This document shows, piece after piece, positions 27,637 through 39,997 of a DNA stretch of 51,672 nucleotides. Source of the stretch: Lama guanicoe (lineage: Eukaryota); assembly GCA_013239625.1 (NCBI GenBank), contig MU056032.1:1-51672 (forward strand), in the 5' to 3' direction. How positions within the stretch are numbered: position 1 is the first letter of the stretch; every line of letters starts with the position of its first letter. The notes under the pieces are model-generated. The model did no database searches. It worked only from the letters and a program-made list of their open reading frames with translations, and was not told the origin of the DNA. Position numbers and translations under genes: made by a program.

Positions 27637-27755
27637 GTTTGAAGATTCTTAAGTCCATGCTGCTTCTTAGTGTCATACAATCTCCTCAAGTCTTCTCATA
27701 TAATATTAGAAGAAAATTGTTAGAGCAATTTAAGGAATATTAAAAGAATGTCTCT
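27637..27755 (+). other. Candidate degraded exon of an unidentified gene
   Basis: tttttttttgtctttgttag acceptor and gttagt donor; reads GLKILKSMLLLSVIQSPQVFSYNIRRKLLEQFKEY*KNVS (one stop). Confidence 0.25.
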
Positions 27756-28071
27756 GTTAGTTAGGTTTTGTAAATATACACCTTTTTGAAAATTGAACTT
27801 TTACCGTGTATCTCACTAACCTGAATCGCATATTTCATTTAATGACCAAAGCTGTTGGTAAGTGTTAGAACTGATTTTATTGGTAACATTTTCTTTTGTA
27901 AATTGTATATAATGCCATGGTGATATTTTGAATTTTTGTTTACCTTTGGGGAAAATGTATCTTTCAATGGATAATGCTGCTCTGTTTTTAAGAGGGTTGA
28001 CATAAATTATAACTGGGAAAATAATTATTGGCCAGGATTTTCTAACTATCTCCTATTTTCTATGCACCTAG

Positions 28072-28222
28072 TACCACCAACATAAACTCTCCCACAGAAT
28101 GGGTCAGTTTGATGTCCTGTAAGATAGTGAGAATATCAAGATCCCAGTGGATTAAATTATCACACAATCAAAGAGCAAATGTCTTGAGCAAGATGATGAA
28201 ATTGAACTCCTATTCCTCTCAG
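28072..28222 (+). other. Candidate degraded exon of an unidentified gene
   Basis: ctaac branch, pyrimidine tract and ctag acceptor; CAG|GTAAGA donor; the phase-0 frame has two stops and ends KSKCLEQDDEIELLFLS-G. Confidence 0.3.
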
Positions 28223-28280
28223 GTAAGAACGCAAAGATTCTGGTACCCATGATTAATTTGTGAACTGATTTTATCCTTTG

Positions 28281-28350
28281 ATAGCAAGGGTACAGCAGAT
28301 TCTCCTGCTAAGAAAAAAAATGGCCTCGATGAAAGAGATAAATTGAACAG
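28281..28350 (+). pseudogene. ANKRD26-like exon 1, 3' part only
   Basis: IARVQQILLLRK/NGLDERDKLNR vs ANKRD26 VAKVQQILLLRKNGLNDRDKMNR; frameshift in the A-run 28313-28320; donor GT>TT. Confidence 0.85.
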
Positions 28351-29009
28351 TTTACAGGGTTGGCAGACGGTGGTGCAGCAGATACAGGGAGAGCCAGGAG
28401 CCATGTCTACCTGTCAGATCTCCCTCTGAGGCTCGTGGAAACTAGCTTGGGGTCTGGCACCCAGCAGACTTTATAGGCAGCTAAAGTTTTAACTTGTTTT
28501 GTTCCCACTCATAATTCCCCTTAGAGAACAATGTACTGACAGTTTTTAAGTGATTTAACAACTTATCAGTAATCATAGAAACCAAATTAAAGATAAATAT
28601 AAAACAGCATCTTATTTTGAATGTACACATTTATACATAGGAAAGCGTGTAATGAGAAAAGTAATTCCCATGATAGATCAGCCTCTGGGATAAAAATTCT
28701 TTGGATAAAATTTAATCTCCATTTTATATCAGTGTGCACATTTGTAAATTTTTTTTACTGAAGGACCTTAGATGGCAACTTTGAACTTGGGAGATGGCTG
28801 TGTTCTTCAATAGCAGACTCATTTTCTTAAAATGTGTGGCCTTCTGATATTTATTCAATTTTCCATAAACCAAGGAGACATATTTTAAAATTTTGAGTTA
28901 CACGTGCTATTTTTAATTCTTCTGATGAAATTCAAATTTTTGTGTAGTAGACGAAGTTTGCTCTTCTTGACATCAAAATGTGCTGTAAATTTCCACAAAT
29001 TATTCATTT

Positions 29010-30250
29010 TCTAACAACTGAAAAGAACAGATAAATAAGTGGAACAGAAAATACACAGACACCCAAGTATATATAAAAGTTTAGAAATTGTTACTGATGA
29101 AATTTCATACAAGGAAAAGATAAGTTATTCATAAATGGTGGAGAAATGAACTATTTAGAAAAAAGTAGCTAGATTTTTATCTCACTAGAATACGTTTCAG
29201 TTGTAAAGAATAAATTTTTAAACCTAGAAAGTGAGAAAAATTTACAGAAGAAAACATAAATTTCTATTCATACATTTTTATGCTGGCAAAGACATCCCTA
29301 AGGAGGACTTCAGAAGCAAGAATTCTGGAATTGGATTTAACAACATAAAGAAATTTAAACCTATAGATGAGAAAATAAGATGAACAAAATAAAAAAAATG
29401 TTATCTTAAAATATTTACAATGTATTTGTAACAGAGATAAGAATTTTTCATTTTTACTGACAAGTTTTTAAATCAGTAAACAAAAAACCTCTAAGTTGAA
29501 ATTGGGCAAAGTACTTTTTTTTCATACCTATACATGCCCAATGGACATAGGGAGAAATATCTAGTATCTCTGGACAGAAAAAGAATTTAAAGGAGAAATG
29601 AAATACCATTTTCCCTTCACAAAATTTGGGAAGGTGCAGAACAGTGGTACTTACATGGCTGTGTGTGAAGATGAAGAGCAGTGGTGTTTATACTGCTGAT
29701 TCAAGTTTAAGTTGCTTTTGAGTTTTCAAAGAGGCAATTTGCTTATTAGTACTACATTTAAAAATGTACATTTCCTTTACACACGAATGATCTTTATACT
29801 GATTGGAGATAAATAATTAGACCTATATTAACGGTATATAATATACAATTTGTTTGTCTCACGACTACTTAAAATAGCAATGTATATAAATACAAACTCA
29901 CATAAAGGATTTTATAAATCAATTGCAGTGTATTCAGTAAGGAGTAATATTTTACCATTGAAGGTGGCATAGATAATAGATGCATGTTGACCTGCAAAGA
30001 TGTCCTTTTGAAGATCATTGAAACAAACAAAAGATCAATTTTATTATATACAAAAAGAAGAACACTATGGTCTCAGCCAAAATTAAATACACAAATGGGA
30101 TAAAACTTTATTTCCGGGCATTTGCATTATATGTGAAGATTTTCCTTTAAAAAAAAATGTGTGATTTCTACATTGAACATGTACAAAAATTCTAGAAAAT
30201 ATTTACTTTTAATGAAATAAAGGGAAAGGTCAAGTATAGGAGTTTTGCAC
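29010..30250 (+). mobile_element. Old L1 (L1ME-like) ORF2-end/3' fragment
   Basis: A-rich degenerate sense L1 motifs (aatgaaataccattttcc, aaaatgtacatttcctttac). Confidence 0.55.
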
Positions 30251-31289
30251 AGTGATAAAAATAACTTATTACTTTGTCATTTTCTTTAATTTGTTTGATG
30301 ATTGGTAAGTTTGGAAAACTTTTAGCCTCTTCAGAAGTAAAGGGGGAAAAAAAAGGAAAAAAGAAAAAGAAAAAAAGAAGGGAATTTTTAATTTCTGCTT
30401 TTTAATTTTAATTTCTGCTTTTACTTGGCATTTATTTAATTATATCCACATGTTTTGGATTATATGTAGCTTTAATATTTATGAAATGTGAATGACTATA
30501 GATTAATCATTTTACTTTACATTCTTATGAAAATAAAAATATAGTAAATGTAAATGATTATTACTATTGCAAAAGTTTATAAATTTTAGGTGTATCCTTA
30601 TGAAAATAAAATCAAAAATAGCAAATGTAAATTGTTTAGTACTATTAAAAAAGTATAACTCTTCTTGGTAAAAGATTTCTTTAAAATGATTTAACCCTGC
30701 AATGTATTTATTCATTCTTTCAATCTATTTATTCATCATCTGTTACCTGAATACCATGTGGTAGATCTATTCTACACAGGACCCATCATCTCTTAGAACA
30801 CCTTGAACTTTAAAAACTCCATATTGAACACTCTGAGCAAGAAGAGAATTTTGAAACTGAAGTCTTAAGACTTAATTTCAGTTTAAGGTTTTCCTCCCTT
30901 CTTTCAAACAAATATATGTCTGAAAATTGGAAATTGTAAAAGATAACCTTTGCCTACACTTCTGAACGTTTAAAATAGAATTAAATATTAATATTCATCA
31001 TTGGATATTCTGCTTTCATACAACGTGTAAATCAAAATATTGAATAAAAGAAGCCATCCTGATTCTGTTGAATCCTGAATTTTCTTGACTCAAGTCTTTT
31101 AAGAATTAGAGTAAGAATTACTTTTCAAAAATTCTTGGTTTTTTATTTTAGTTCTCCTTCCCTGTAAAGCTTTTATTTTATGATTTTTCAAACTGAATTC
31201 TAGTTGATTTACATTATTACCTATAAAGTTTTTAAGAATTAAAGTTATTTAAATGTCACCCATTTGACAAGAACTGACTATGATATAGG

Positions 31290-31805
31290 TCACTATTGCA
31301 CATACTGTAAGGCACCATGGATTGTATGATAGCCCATTATTTTATGCCCCAATAAGAAATTTTTTAAAAAATGCTGCCAACTCACACATACTGAGAATGA
31401 ACTAGTGGTTAAGAGTGGAAAGATGTAAAGGGGAGGGGACTAAGAGTTATAAAATATTAAAATTTAAACAAGGTACCAGGATATATGGTACAACATGAGG
31501 AATATAGCTCATATTTTATAATAACTATAAATGGAGTGTAATTTTCAAAAATTGTGAATCACTCTATTGCACACCTGTAATCTCTCTAATAATGTTTTTC
31601 ATCAAGTATAATTTGACAGCAATAAAAATGCAATTATAGACAATAAGATATTACAATAATTTGACCAACAGGAAAAATGAGAAAGAAACAAACAAAAAAA
31701 CCTATCAATCAAGGTTGTAAGACGTTATGAATTTTAAATTGCCTTCCCATGTCAGAGATGTTAAAGAGTGAGAAAATGAGTATATTAGAATGATTGAAGA
31801 ACGGT
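31290..31805. mobile_element. Tc2/MER104-like DNA element with an L1 3' fragment (about 31381-31630, +) inside
   Basis: Terminus aaatgagtatattagaatgattgaagaacgg resembles the MER104 end; internal L1 tail atatggtacaacatgaggaatatagc. Confidence 0.5.
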
Positions 31806-31939
31806 GGTCTCTCGAATCCTTAAATTGGCAAAATAGGTATTCTTTCATTATACTTAATTGAAATATTTTACTTGTTAAATATTAGTAAGAACTATAATTG
31901 TATTATCTAACAATATTTGGGCTGTTATTTTACAAGAAA

Positions 31940-32140
31940 ATGTTCTAAACAATTTGCATAAATTTTAATTGAAGCATTGCAGTGTTGTCCTGTCAGATAA
32001 CTTTGACTTCAACCCTGTTTTGTTGATGAGGAAAGTGAGGCACTGAAATGCTAAGTGACAGCCTAGAAGTGACAGTTAAAGTAAAAGTCAGAATCAAGTT
32101 GAGCTGAATGTCAAGGTCATGCTTTTTGTATTCAAACAGG
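31940..32140 (-). mobile_element. MIR fragment upstream of ankyrin exon 2
   Basis: ccctgttttgttgatgaggaaagtgaggcactgaaatgctaagtgac. Confidence 0.65.
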
Positions 32141-32322
32141 TTTTTCTTCCATTAATCTGAGCAATAAAAGCTCATAAATATTGTACTTTCTCCATAAGAA
32201 AACTAAGTATTTATTTGAATGGAGTAGGAATAGCATGCTATGGAGTGTTTCCAATTACACGAGTAATGGTATGTTTGAAACAGTACACTCTAATTTCCTA
32301 AAAAGTACTTTCACGTTTGTAG

Positions 32323-32421
32323 GGCTGCCCTCAATTTGGCCATTCATGAGTGGCGACTCTCCTGATAGAGATGATATGCCAGCTGAGCCTCTGTGATGGT
32401 GAGAACAGGGCAACGCTGGTG
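32323..32421 (+). pseudogene. ANKRD26-like exon 2 (ankyrin), disabled
   Basis: AALNLA ... VATLLIEMICQLSLCDGENRATLV vs TALHLACANGHPEVVTLLVDRKCQLNVCDNENRTALMK; about 13-nt deletion between GGCC repeats, plus a TGA. Confidence 0.85.
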
Positions 32422-32581
32422 GTGCGTGGCAACCAGCCATCCATGCAAGATGGATTCAATGTAATGACTTAGAATAGAAAAGATTTGATCTGTTTTAAGT
32501 ATAATAAACTGATGGGCCTTGCGGAATGTTGACTTGGAATTCCTAGCACTTACAGTCTGTTTCTTGGCATGATACAGACAG

Positions 32582-32755
32582 GCCATGCAGAGCAAAGAAG
32601 CAGAGTGTGCGTCAATTCTGCTAATACGTGGTGCCGACCCAAACCTCGTGGACGTCCATGGCAATGCCACTCTCCACTATGCTGCCTTATCTGAAAATAT
32701 TACATTTGCAGCAAAGCTGCTTTCCTACAATGCCAATATTGAAGTGAGAAACAGG
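32582..32755 (+). pseudogene. ANKRD26-like exon 3 (ankyrin), intact 174-nt frame
   Basis: AG/GT intact; AMQSKEAECASILLIRGADPNLVDVHGNATLHYAALSENITFAAKLLSYNANIEVRNR matches ANKRD26 AVQCQEEKCATILLEHGADPNLADVHGNTALHYA... Confidence 0.92.
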
Positions 32756-33611
32756 GTATAGCTCCACTAGATTTATTTACAAAATATTTGAAATAAAGGT
32801 TCTTGTTTTAGCTACGGGTGCTTTATATCTAAAATTACTTATAGTGAAAAATAACATATCAGATCATGTTACCATGGATACAACTCCAAAGCCAAGGCCA
32901 GGGGCTACAGAAAGGTGGTACCCATAGAAAGCACAGAGCTCTGTCTCCCAGCACCTCTTCTACCCTGGAAGGAATGCCTCCCCACTGGGAAGTCCCTGGG
33001 TGTGGGTTGTAGTTTCAGAGCCCACAGAAGATGAAGGCCTGAGGGTAATGACCTCATGCTGATGGCCACCTGGCTGCCGTGTACGCTTTGGGGGCATCCA
33101 GGCTCAGCCAGCTGTAGTTCCTTAGTGGGGCAGTGGCTATATATGGGAAGCAGGTGATGGTAAGTTGAATAATCCTACTTTAGCTCTGGAACATCCATCA
33201 CCCCCTGCTGCCACAGCCCCACCAGGAACTCCTTCCATTGACACAGTAGGTGCAATTTTATGTATTGGAAGCTTGGCCATTCCCTGTGTGAAAACACTAG
33301 AAAAGAACTTAATTGTCTAAGATTTTACTTTAAATAATGACATTGCTAAAAGCAGCAACAGAACGTACAGCTTTCTTTTATATATTTATGGTAGATAATT
33401 GTGAAAACATTGCATTTGTTGCAGGCAAACTTTTTTTCCAAATATTTTTCCCCACTCAAGTTTTTCTGATTCGTGTAAAAACAGAAGAAAACAAAACTTG
33501 TGTTGGAAATAAGCTTTGTCTTAACACTCAAAGGAAACAAAAACACTTGACAATATAATCAAAATCTTGCTGATGTGGATTAGTTTCTGTTTTATAACAA
33601 AATTATGAATT

Positions 33612-35419
33612 TCTGTTTTGTTTGTTGTAATTTCTCCATTTTCCTTTCTTATTTTGCTAATTTGTGCTCTCTCTTTTTTCTTCTTTGCGAGTTTGGCCAG
33701 AGGTTTGTCGATTTTATTTACTTTTTCAAAAAACAAGCTTTTGGTTTGGTTGATTTTTTTCTATGGTCTTGTTAATCTCTATTGTATTTAATTCCTCTCT
33801 GATCTTTATTATTTCCTTCCTTCTGCTGCTTTTTGGGGCTTTTTGTTCTTCTTTTTCTAATTGATTCAGGTGGTGGGTTAACTTGTTTATTTGAGATTGT
33901 TCTTCTTTTTTGAGGAAGGCCTGTATCGCTATAAACTTCCCTCTTAGCACTGCCTTTGCTGTGTCCCATAGGTTTTGAGTGGTTGTGCTTTCATTATCAT
34001 TTGTCTCAAGGTATTTTTTAATTTCAGCTTTGATTTCCTCATTGATCCATTGTTTTTTCAATAACATATTGTTTAATCTCCATGCTTTTCTTTTTTTCTC
34101 CTTTGTTTCTCTGTTGTTGATTCCCAGTTTCATGGCATTGTGGTCAGGTGTGGTCAGATGCTTGAGATAATTTCTCTCTTCTTAAATTTGTTGAGGTTTC
34201 TTTTGTGTCCAAGTACATGATCAATCCTGGAAAATGTACCATGTGCACTTGAAAAGAATGCATATTCTATTTTTTGGGGGTGTAAACCTCTGAAAATATC
34301 CACCAAATCTAGTTTTACTATTGTAGTATTTAATTTTTCTGTTGCCTTGTTTATTTTCTGTCTGGAAGATCTGTCTAGTGATGTTAATGCAGTGTTAAAA
34401 TCTCCAACTNNNNNNNNNNNNNNNNNNNNNNNNNNNNNNNNNNNNNNNNNNNNNNNNNNNNNNNNNNNNNNNNNNNNNNNNNNNNNNNNNNNNNNNNNNN
34501 NNNNNNNNNNNNNNNNNNNNNNNNNNNNNNNNNNNNNNNNNNNNNNNNNNNNNNNNNNNNNNNNNNNNNNNNNNNNNNNNNNNNNNNNNNNNNNNNNNNN
34601 NNNNNNNNNNNNNNNNNNNNNNNNNNNNNNNNNNNNNNNNNNNNNNNNNNNNNNNNNNNNNNNNNNNNNNNNNNNNNNNNNNNNNNNNNNNNNNNNNNNN
34701 NNNNNNNNNNNNNNNNNNNNNNNNNNNNNNNNNNNNNNNNNNNNNNNNNNNNNNNNNNNNNNNNNNNNNNNNNNNNNNNNNNNNNNNNNNNNNNNNNNNN
34801 NNNNNNNNNNNNNNNNNNNNNNNNNNNNNNNNNNNNNNNNNNNNNNNNNNNNNNNNNNNNNNNNNNNNNNNNNNNNNCAATAGCCAAAACATGGAAACAA
34901 CCTAAATTTCCATCAACAAGTGACTGGATAAAGAAGAAGTGGTATATTTATACAATGGAATACTACTCAGCCATAAAAACTGACAACATAATGCCATTTG
35001 CAGCAACATGGAATCTCCTAGAGAATATCATTCAAAGTGAAGTAAGCCAGAAAGAGAAAGAAAAATACCATATGAGATTGCTCATATGTGGAATCTAAAA
35101 AACAAAAACAAACAAACAAAACAAAGCATAAATTCAGGACAGAAATAGACTCATGGACAGAGAATACAGACTTGTGGTTACCGGGGAGGGGGGGGCAGAG
35201 GGTGGGAAGGGATAGACTGGTATTTCAAAATTGTAGAATAGATAAACAAGATTACACTGTATAGCACAGGGAAATATACACAAAATGTTATGATAAATCA
35301 CAGAGAAAAAAATGTGACAATGAGTGTGTATATGTTCATGAATGACTGAATAATTGTGCTGAACATTGGAATTTGACACAACACTGTAAAATGATTATGA
35401 ATCAATAAAAAATGTAAAA
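33612..35419. mobile_element. Young L1 with 5' inversion (ORF2 EN/linker on -, 3' end on +) spanning an assembly gap
   Basis: Minus-strand ORFs VGDFNTALTSLDRSS... and [16 protein letters not shown]; plus-strand 3' end at 34878-35419; TSD aaaattatgaatt at 33599-33611 and 35420-35432. Confidence 0.88.
34410..34877. other. Assembly gap (468 N)
   Basis: Run of N. Confidence 1.
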
Positions 35420-36049
35420 AAAATTATGAATTGTATAAAAATGATTTCTCTCTCATTGCCAAAATCTTAAGAGGGAAAAGGGAAACAGACTGTGGAGAGC
35501 ACAGTTGAAATATGCAGGCCAGTTTGGAAACTGGGCGTTTGGGAATTAACAAGAAGAGTTTTTGGGTTTGATTTTTTTTCTTTTTGTTTCTGTATTTAGG
35601 CAAGCTGCCCTTCAGTTGTCAGGGCTAAGCATTCTCGTTTTGGGAAAGTGAGTGAACTGCAAACATTCTGAGAGGTCTGTTTTATGAGGACTCTGAGGGA
35701 ATCACACTGGGCACGAACAGGTGGTGTTTAAGTGGGAAATAAGAGAGCAGAAACAATAATTAACTGAGATAATGTCCTATTGCAGCAGAAGCAGCCACTT
35801 AGATAAATATCTACACTTGGCTCTCAAATCTAGGATGTCTTGATGGGAAGTGAGGAATTCACACATAGTGAAATCAAGTTGCATTGTGAATTTACTAGTT
35901 CCTGTTCTATCGCTGTTTACTCAGGACAAGGAAATGCAGTTTTGTTAAGTGGCTTTTAATTATTACACTTTTCTTTGCGCAAATCCTCCAATGAGAGGAG
36001 AACCCAGCTACGTTGCTTAGAGAAACTTAAGTGGTCTATTATGTCCTTC

Positions 36050-36230
36050 ACTACTTCTCAGCTGAAATTGTGCCGGTGAACCAAAATCATCTGGGAGAAT
36101 TTACAACAAATTTACAAGCCTGGACCTTCCCTTGAAGATTTTGATTGAATAAACCTAGTAAGGCCTGGATATGGATATTTAGAAAGATTTCCTTGAGATT
36201 TTGATATAACCCTTGGTTGAGAACTATTGA
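36050..36230. mobile_element. MER5-like hAT MITE
   Basis: ctacttctcag ... aaatcatctgggag ... ggttgagaactattg. Confidence 0.55.
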
Positions 36231-36675
36231 ATGGATATGTATAATGAGTGTAAATCCACAGGTCTCAAAAATAAGACATCTTTAGAATAGTGGGAGTTTG
36301 ATATATGCTACTTACTTCTAGGCTCTCCTTTCCAACCATATAAACCTGATTTTATCCAGGCCTTCTTCTGTGATTGACAAGTTAAAAGGAGTATTATTGG
36401 CAGTACCAGTTAGCTTGAAGAATAACTCTGTTTTCTTTCCAACCACTGATCATTGAGTGGCACTCGGTCTTAGAGATGTACTTATGGTGAGTGATTTAAA
36501 TAGCAGAGCCTTTTGATTTTGCAACTTTTGTTGCCATCCACGTCATTACATCAACAGGTTTTCCCTGATTCCAGTAATAGTAATTCATTAGCTTTGTTTT
36601 TGTTAAAGCTGTGTGATGGAATCTTGCAATATATCTGTTAGAGCCACTGAGCACTGGTGTAATCAAAATGGCACT

Positions 36676-37150
36676 TTTCTTTTTATTGCAATATAGTTGA
36701 CTTACAGTGTTGTGTTAGTTTCTGGTTTACAGCAGAGTAATTCAAATATATATAAAAAAATATATTTAATATATATATATATGCATACAATTTTTTGCAC
36801 TGTTTTCCACTTTGATTTATTACAGGATTTTGAACACTGATCTGTACCCTATTCAGTAGGACCTTGTTGTTTATCTATTATATGTATGGTAGTTTGTATT
36901 TTCTAACACCAAACTTCTAATTTACCCCTCATCCAACCCCTTTCCCCTTGGTAGCCTTCAGTTTGTTTTCTGCATCTGTGAGCAGGCTTCTGTGTTGTAA
37001 ATAAGTTCATTGATAACATACTTTCGATTTCACACTTTAAGTTATATCCCGTGGGATCTGTCTTTGTCTTTTGAACTTACCTCACTCAGTACAATAATCT
37101 CTAGGTCCATCCGTGTTGCTGCAAAAGGCATTAATTCACTCATCTTATTA
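36676..37150 (-). mobile_element. L1 3' end (cetartiodactyl type)
   Basis: ORF 37042-37230(-) MPFAATRMDLEIIVLSEVS is the L1 ORF2 C-terminus; antisense tail atatagttgacttacagtgttgtgttagtttctgg. Confidence 0.85.
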
Positions 37151-38423
37151 CTATCTAGTATTTCAATATTTATGAAGGTACTATGGAAGATGGCAATTTT
37201 AAACATCAAAACCCACGAAGTTACTAACATTGGAATTGTTTTAATAATTTACTTTCAGTTGTCTTATAAACTATCTATTTGACTAACAATAAGGGAGTTG
37301 AGATACAGATTGTAGTTTTAGTAGGCATTGGAAAAATTCTCAAAGTGGGTAATTTTGAGTCTTAGTAGCAATTTTTATGACATGTTTGAGCCCAGTTTTT
37401 TTCTTTAGATATATGATACTAAAGAAAGGAATGGTTTACATCCAAATATTTGCTATATACCCAACCTTGGAAGCACAACAAATATAAAAACACAATTGGG
37501 CTGCAGGCTAAGCTCGGGTCCTGGATATGTTCAGGTTGCTTCCACAGATTGAGTCAACATTTAAAATTTAGGAGACTCATGCAAAAATCTGCATTTTCGA
37601 CTTCTTCAAATAATCAAATTTCATCCCCCTGGAGCACAGGCTACTGTGTGGTCTTCCCTACAGAAGTTACCCCTTTTAAGTGGGGCAAGTGTTCTCCAGT
37701 TTGCTGTCCTCACCTGGGACCTATGGGACCTTCCATGTGTCACCTACTTTGCCTCTGGAAGCATTTGAGTTTACAATTCCTGTTTTATAGTATATTTTAA
37801 TAAATATTTCCAGATTTTAAAGACAGTCTATATTAATTTATAATCTATTTCATTTCATGGAATAATCTCTTAAGAATGGGATTGAGATTTTAAAATCAGA
37901 TTATAAGTTACTTAAAAATATTTTTTCTTTAAATGTACGTGTAAATAATCATATTCCCATTGGAACGTCTGTAAACCTGATGAGGTTGGGCGTGGCTGTA
38001 GTTGGATAGATTATGCAGATTGCAGGCAGTATGGCATCATTCTCCCCAGCATGTTTCCTTAAAAATGCAATTGATTCAGTAGCTAGCTACATGGTTCTCT
38101 GTGGAGTCGTGTTGGGACTGTTCAGAGGAGTATTGGAGCAATAAAGTAACTACAGACAGCCTGGTAGACAGTGTGACGGAAACAAAATTCTTGGAAAATG
38201 TAAATGTTTGAAGTGAGTTTTAGAGAATGACTTCACAGTTAACCTTTTGAAGAGGTCAAGGCGGATTATTTTAAAGAGTGGGAACAAAAGGGTTATGGAG
38301 GAAGGGGCTAATTTTTATATACTTTATATGATATGTTGAAGTTCAGATACTGCTATAAATTTTTACATTCAGTTTTCAAATATGTAATTTTAGAATGTAT
38401 AAACAGTTTTTGCTGTTTCACAA

Positions 38424-38525
38424 TGTGGCCTCACACTTTTACTTCCTGTAAGTGAAAACAAAGAGCAAATGGTAGAATCTTTAGTAAAGACAGACATATA
38501 TACATGCAGGTGATAAACTGGAAAG
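38424..38525 (+). pseudogene. ANKRD26-like exon 4 (ankyrin), disabled
   Basis: GLTLLLPVSENKEQMVESLVK ... HAGDKLE vs DLTPLLLAVSGKKQQMVEFLIKK...NAVDKLE; acceptor AG>AA, donor GT>TT, frameshift. Confidence 0.85.
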
Positions 38526-38816
38526 TTACAATCATTTATAATCTCTTTAAAAAAACAAAATCTTAGTGTTCCTCTAGAGTAGCAACAGTCGAAAGGTTAA
38601 ATTAATAGGAGGATTAACTTAGAATGAACACATCATAAGTTAGCTAGAAAAGCAGTTATTCTGACCGGGTGTCACAAAGAACAATGTGTAGCAGAATTCA
38701 TCTTGCTTTAGAATAGTGACTGATGTCATTTGCAACCAGAGGTTTTTGATCATATGATTTTCTATTGGTTCAAGGAATTCATTTTAGTTTATTACTATGA
38801 ACTTTCATGGTGTTAT

Positions 38817-38913
38817 TGTGAACTTCAACCTTTCTGCTGAAAGGTTGAATTTAGCTTTGTGTTAGTGTGAACTTCAAGCTTTCTGCTGAAAGGCTGAATT
38901 TAGCTTTGTGTAG
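38817..38913. repeat. Tandem duplication of about 49 bp with an internal inverted repeat
   Basis: tgtgaacttcaacctttctgctgaaaggttgaatttagctttgtg occurs twice with few differences. Confidence 0.9.
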
Positions 38914-38999
38914 TATTTAGTCTTAAAATTGAGCAGTGATCTATGTTTGTATTGGAAATAGGATTAGAATAAACCATTTTATAAAACATGATTAGTTGA

Positions 39000-39072
39000 T
39001 TTTTTTAAACAGCATTTATTGATTTATAATCATTTTACAATATTGTGTCAAATTCCAGTGTAGAGCACAATT
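39000..39072 (-). mobile_element. Extremely 5'-truncated L1 (tail only)
   Basis: Reverse complement of the L1 terminus seen at about 35350-35420; TSD tgat(t/c)agttga at 38989-38999 and 39073-39083. Confidence 0.8.
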
Positions 39073-39911
39073 TGATCAGTTGACTAGTCACGTCTCATTT
39101 TTCCTTCTCTTAATTCAAACACACTTCTGAAAAATTAAATTCTTTACCACAAGTCTAATTTTTCCTTGCAGAGGACACTTCTTTAGTGTCAGTTCTTTCA
39201 GTCCATCTCACTCTGCCCCTGTTGTGAGCATATTTGCTTATGGCTTTCTGTTTAGTACTTGTGTGGCTTTCATTCAAGGGTCATTTCCCCTCAAATGTAC
39301 TCATGCTTGTATTTCTGTTACTTCAAAGGAGCTGAATTGAAACAATTCAGTTTTTGTTTTAGATCATTTTGGTTAAGGAAATAATCTAATGGATACTACA
39401 GTATTTGTATAATAACCAATGAGGTGTAAGGAAAGTAACATTTTGTGACACCTGATGTTGTCTCTCCTAATCTTGAATACAGGAGAAGATGTATGTTGGT
39501 GAAAGTCAGAACCAGGATTGAAATCCACAATGGAATAACTCCAAAACCTGTGCTCTTTGTATTAGATCATAGGGTAATGGGGAATATTCTATTTTATTGA
39601 ACTTCATACTTGTTATTCTCAAAGCTCTTATTTATTTCTGTAGACTGTCTTGAAGCCAAAGCAAATGTATGCCCCTCAGCAGGTCAGGAAAACCAGTAAG
39701 GTGCTGGAGTATGACTTTCTGTGCTGACTTGAGATGACTGATATTTACATCTACCTTAGTAAGAAGGAAGATAGGACATTATGAGTTAGGAATTAGGAAC
39801 TTCTTTGAGGACAATAATTCTGACAGTGAAAATGAAGATGTGTTTGCAACATTTCCAAAACTATCTGTCCAAGTCTCAGGCTTTTCGCATTCTGCCTACC
39901 CATCACCGAGC

Positions 39912-39997
39912 ACACAGCATAGTATGTGGCAGAGCGCATGCTTTGTGTCCACAAGATCATGGCTTAATCTCCAGTATCTATATTGAAAACAAATAAA
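39912..39997 (+). mobile_element. Degenerate tRNA-derived SINE (Vic-1-like)
   Basis: gtggcagagcgcatgctttgtgtccacaagatcatggcttaatctccagtatct plus A-rich tail, similar to the 13428 copy. Confidence 0.55.

Noticed and set aside
30520..30670. Diverged tandem duplication of about 72 bp in AT-rich intron
   Set aside because: Ordinary local duplication with no functional hint.
34154..34900. Long ORFs of 165-248 aa
   Set aside because: Artefacts of translating the N gap; only the L1 ORF2 portion is real.
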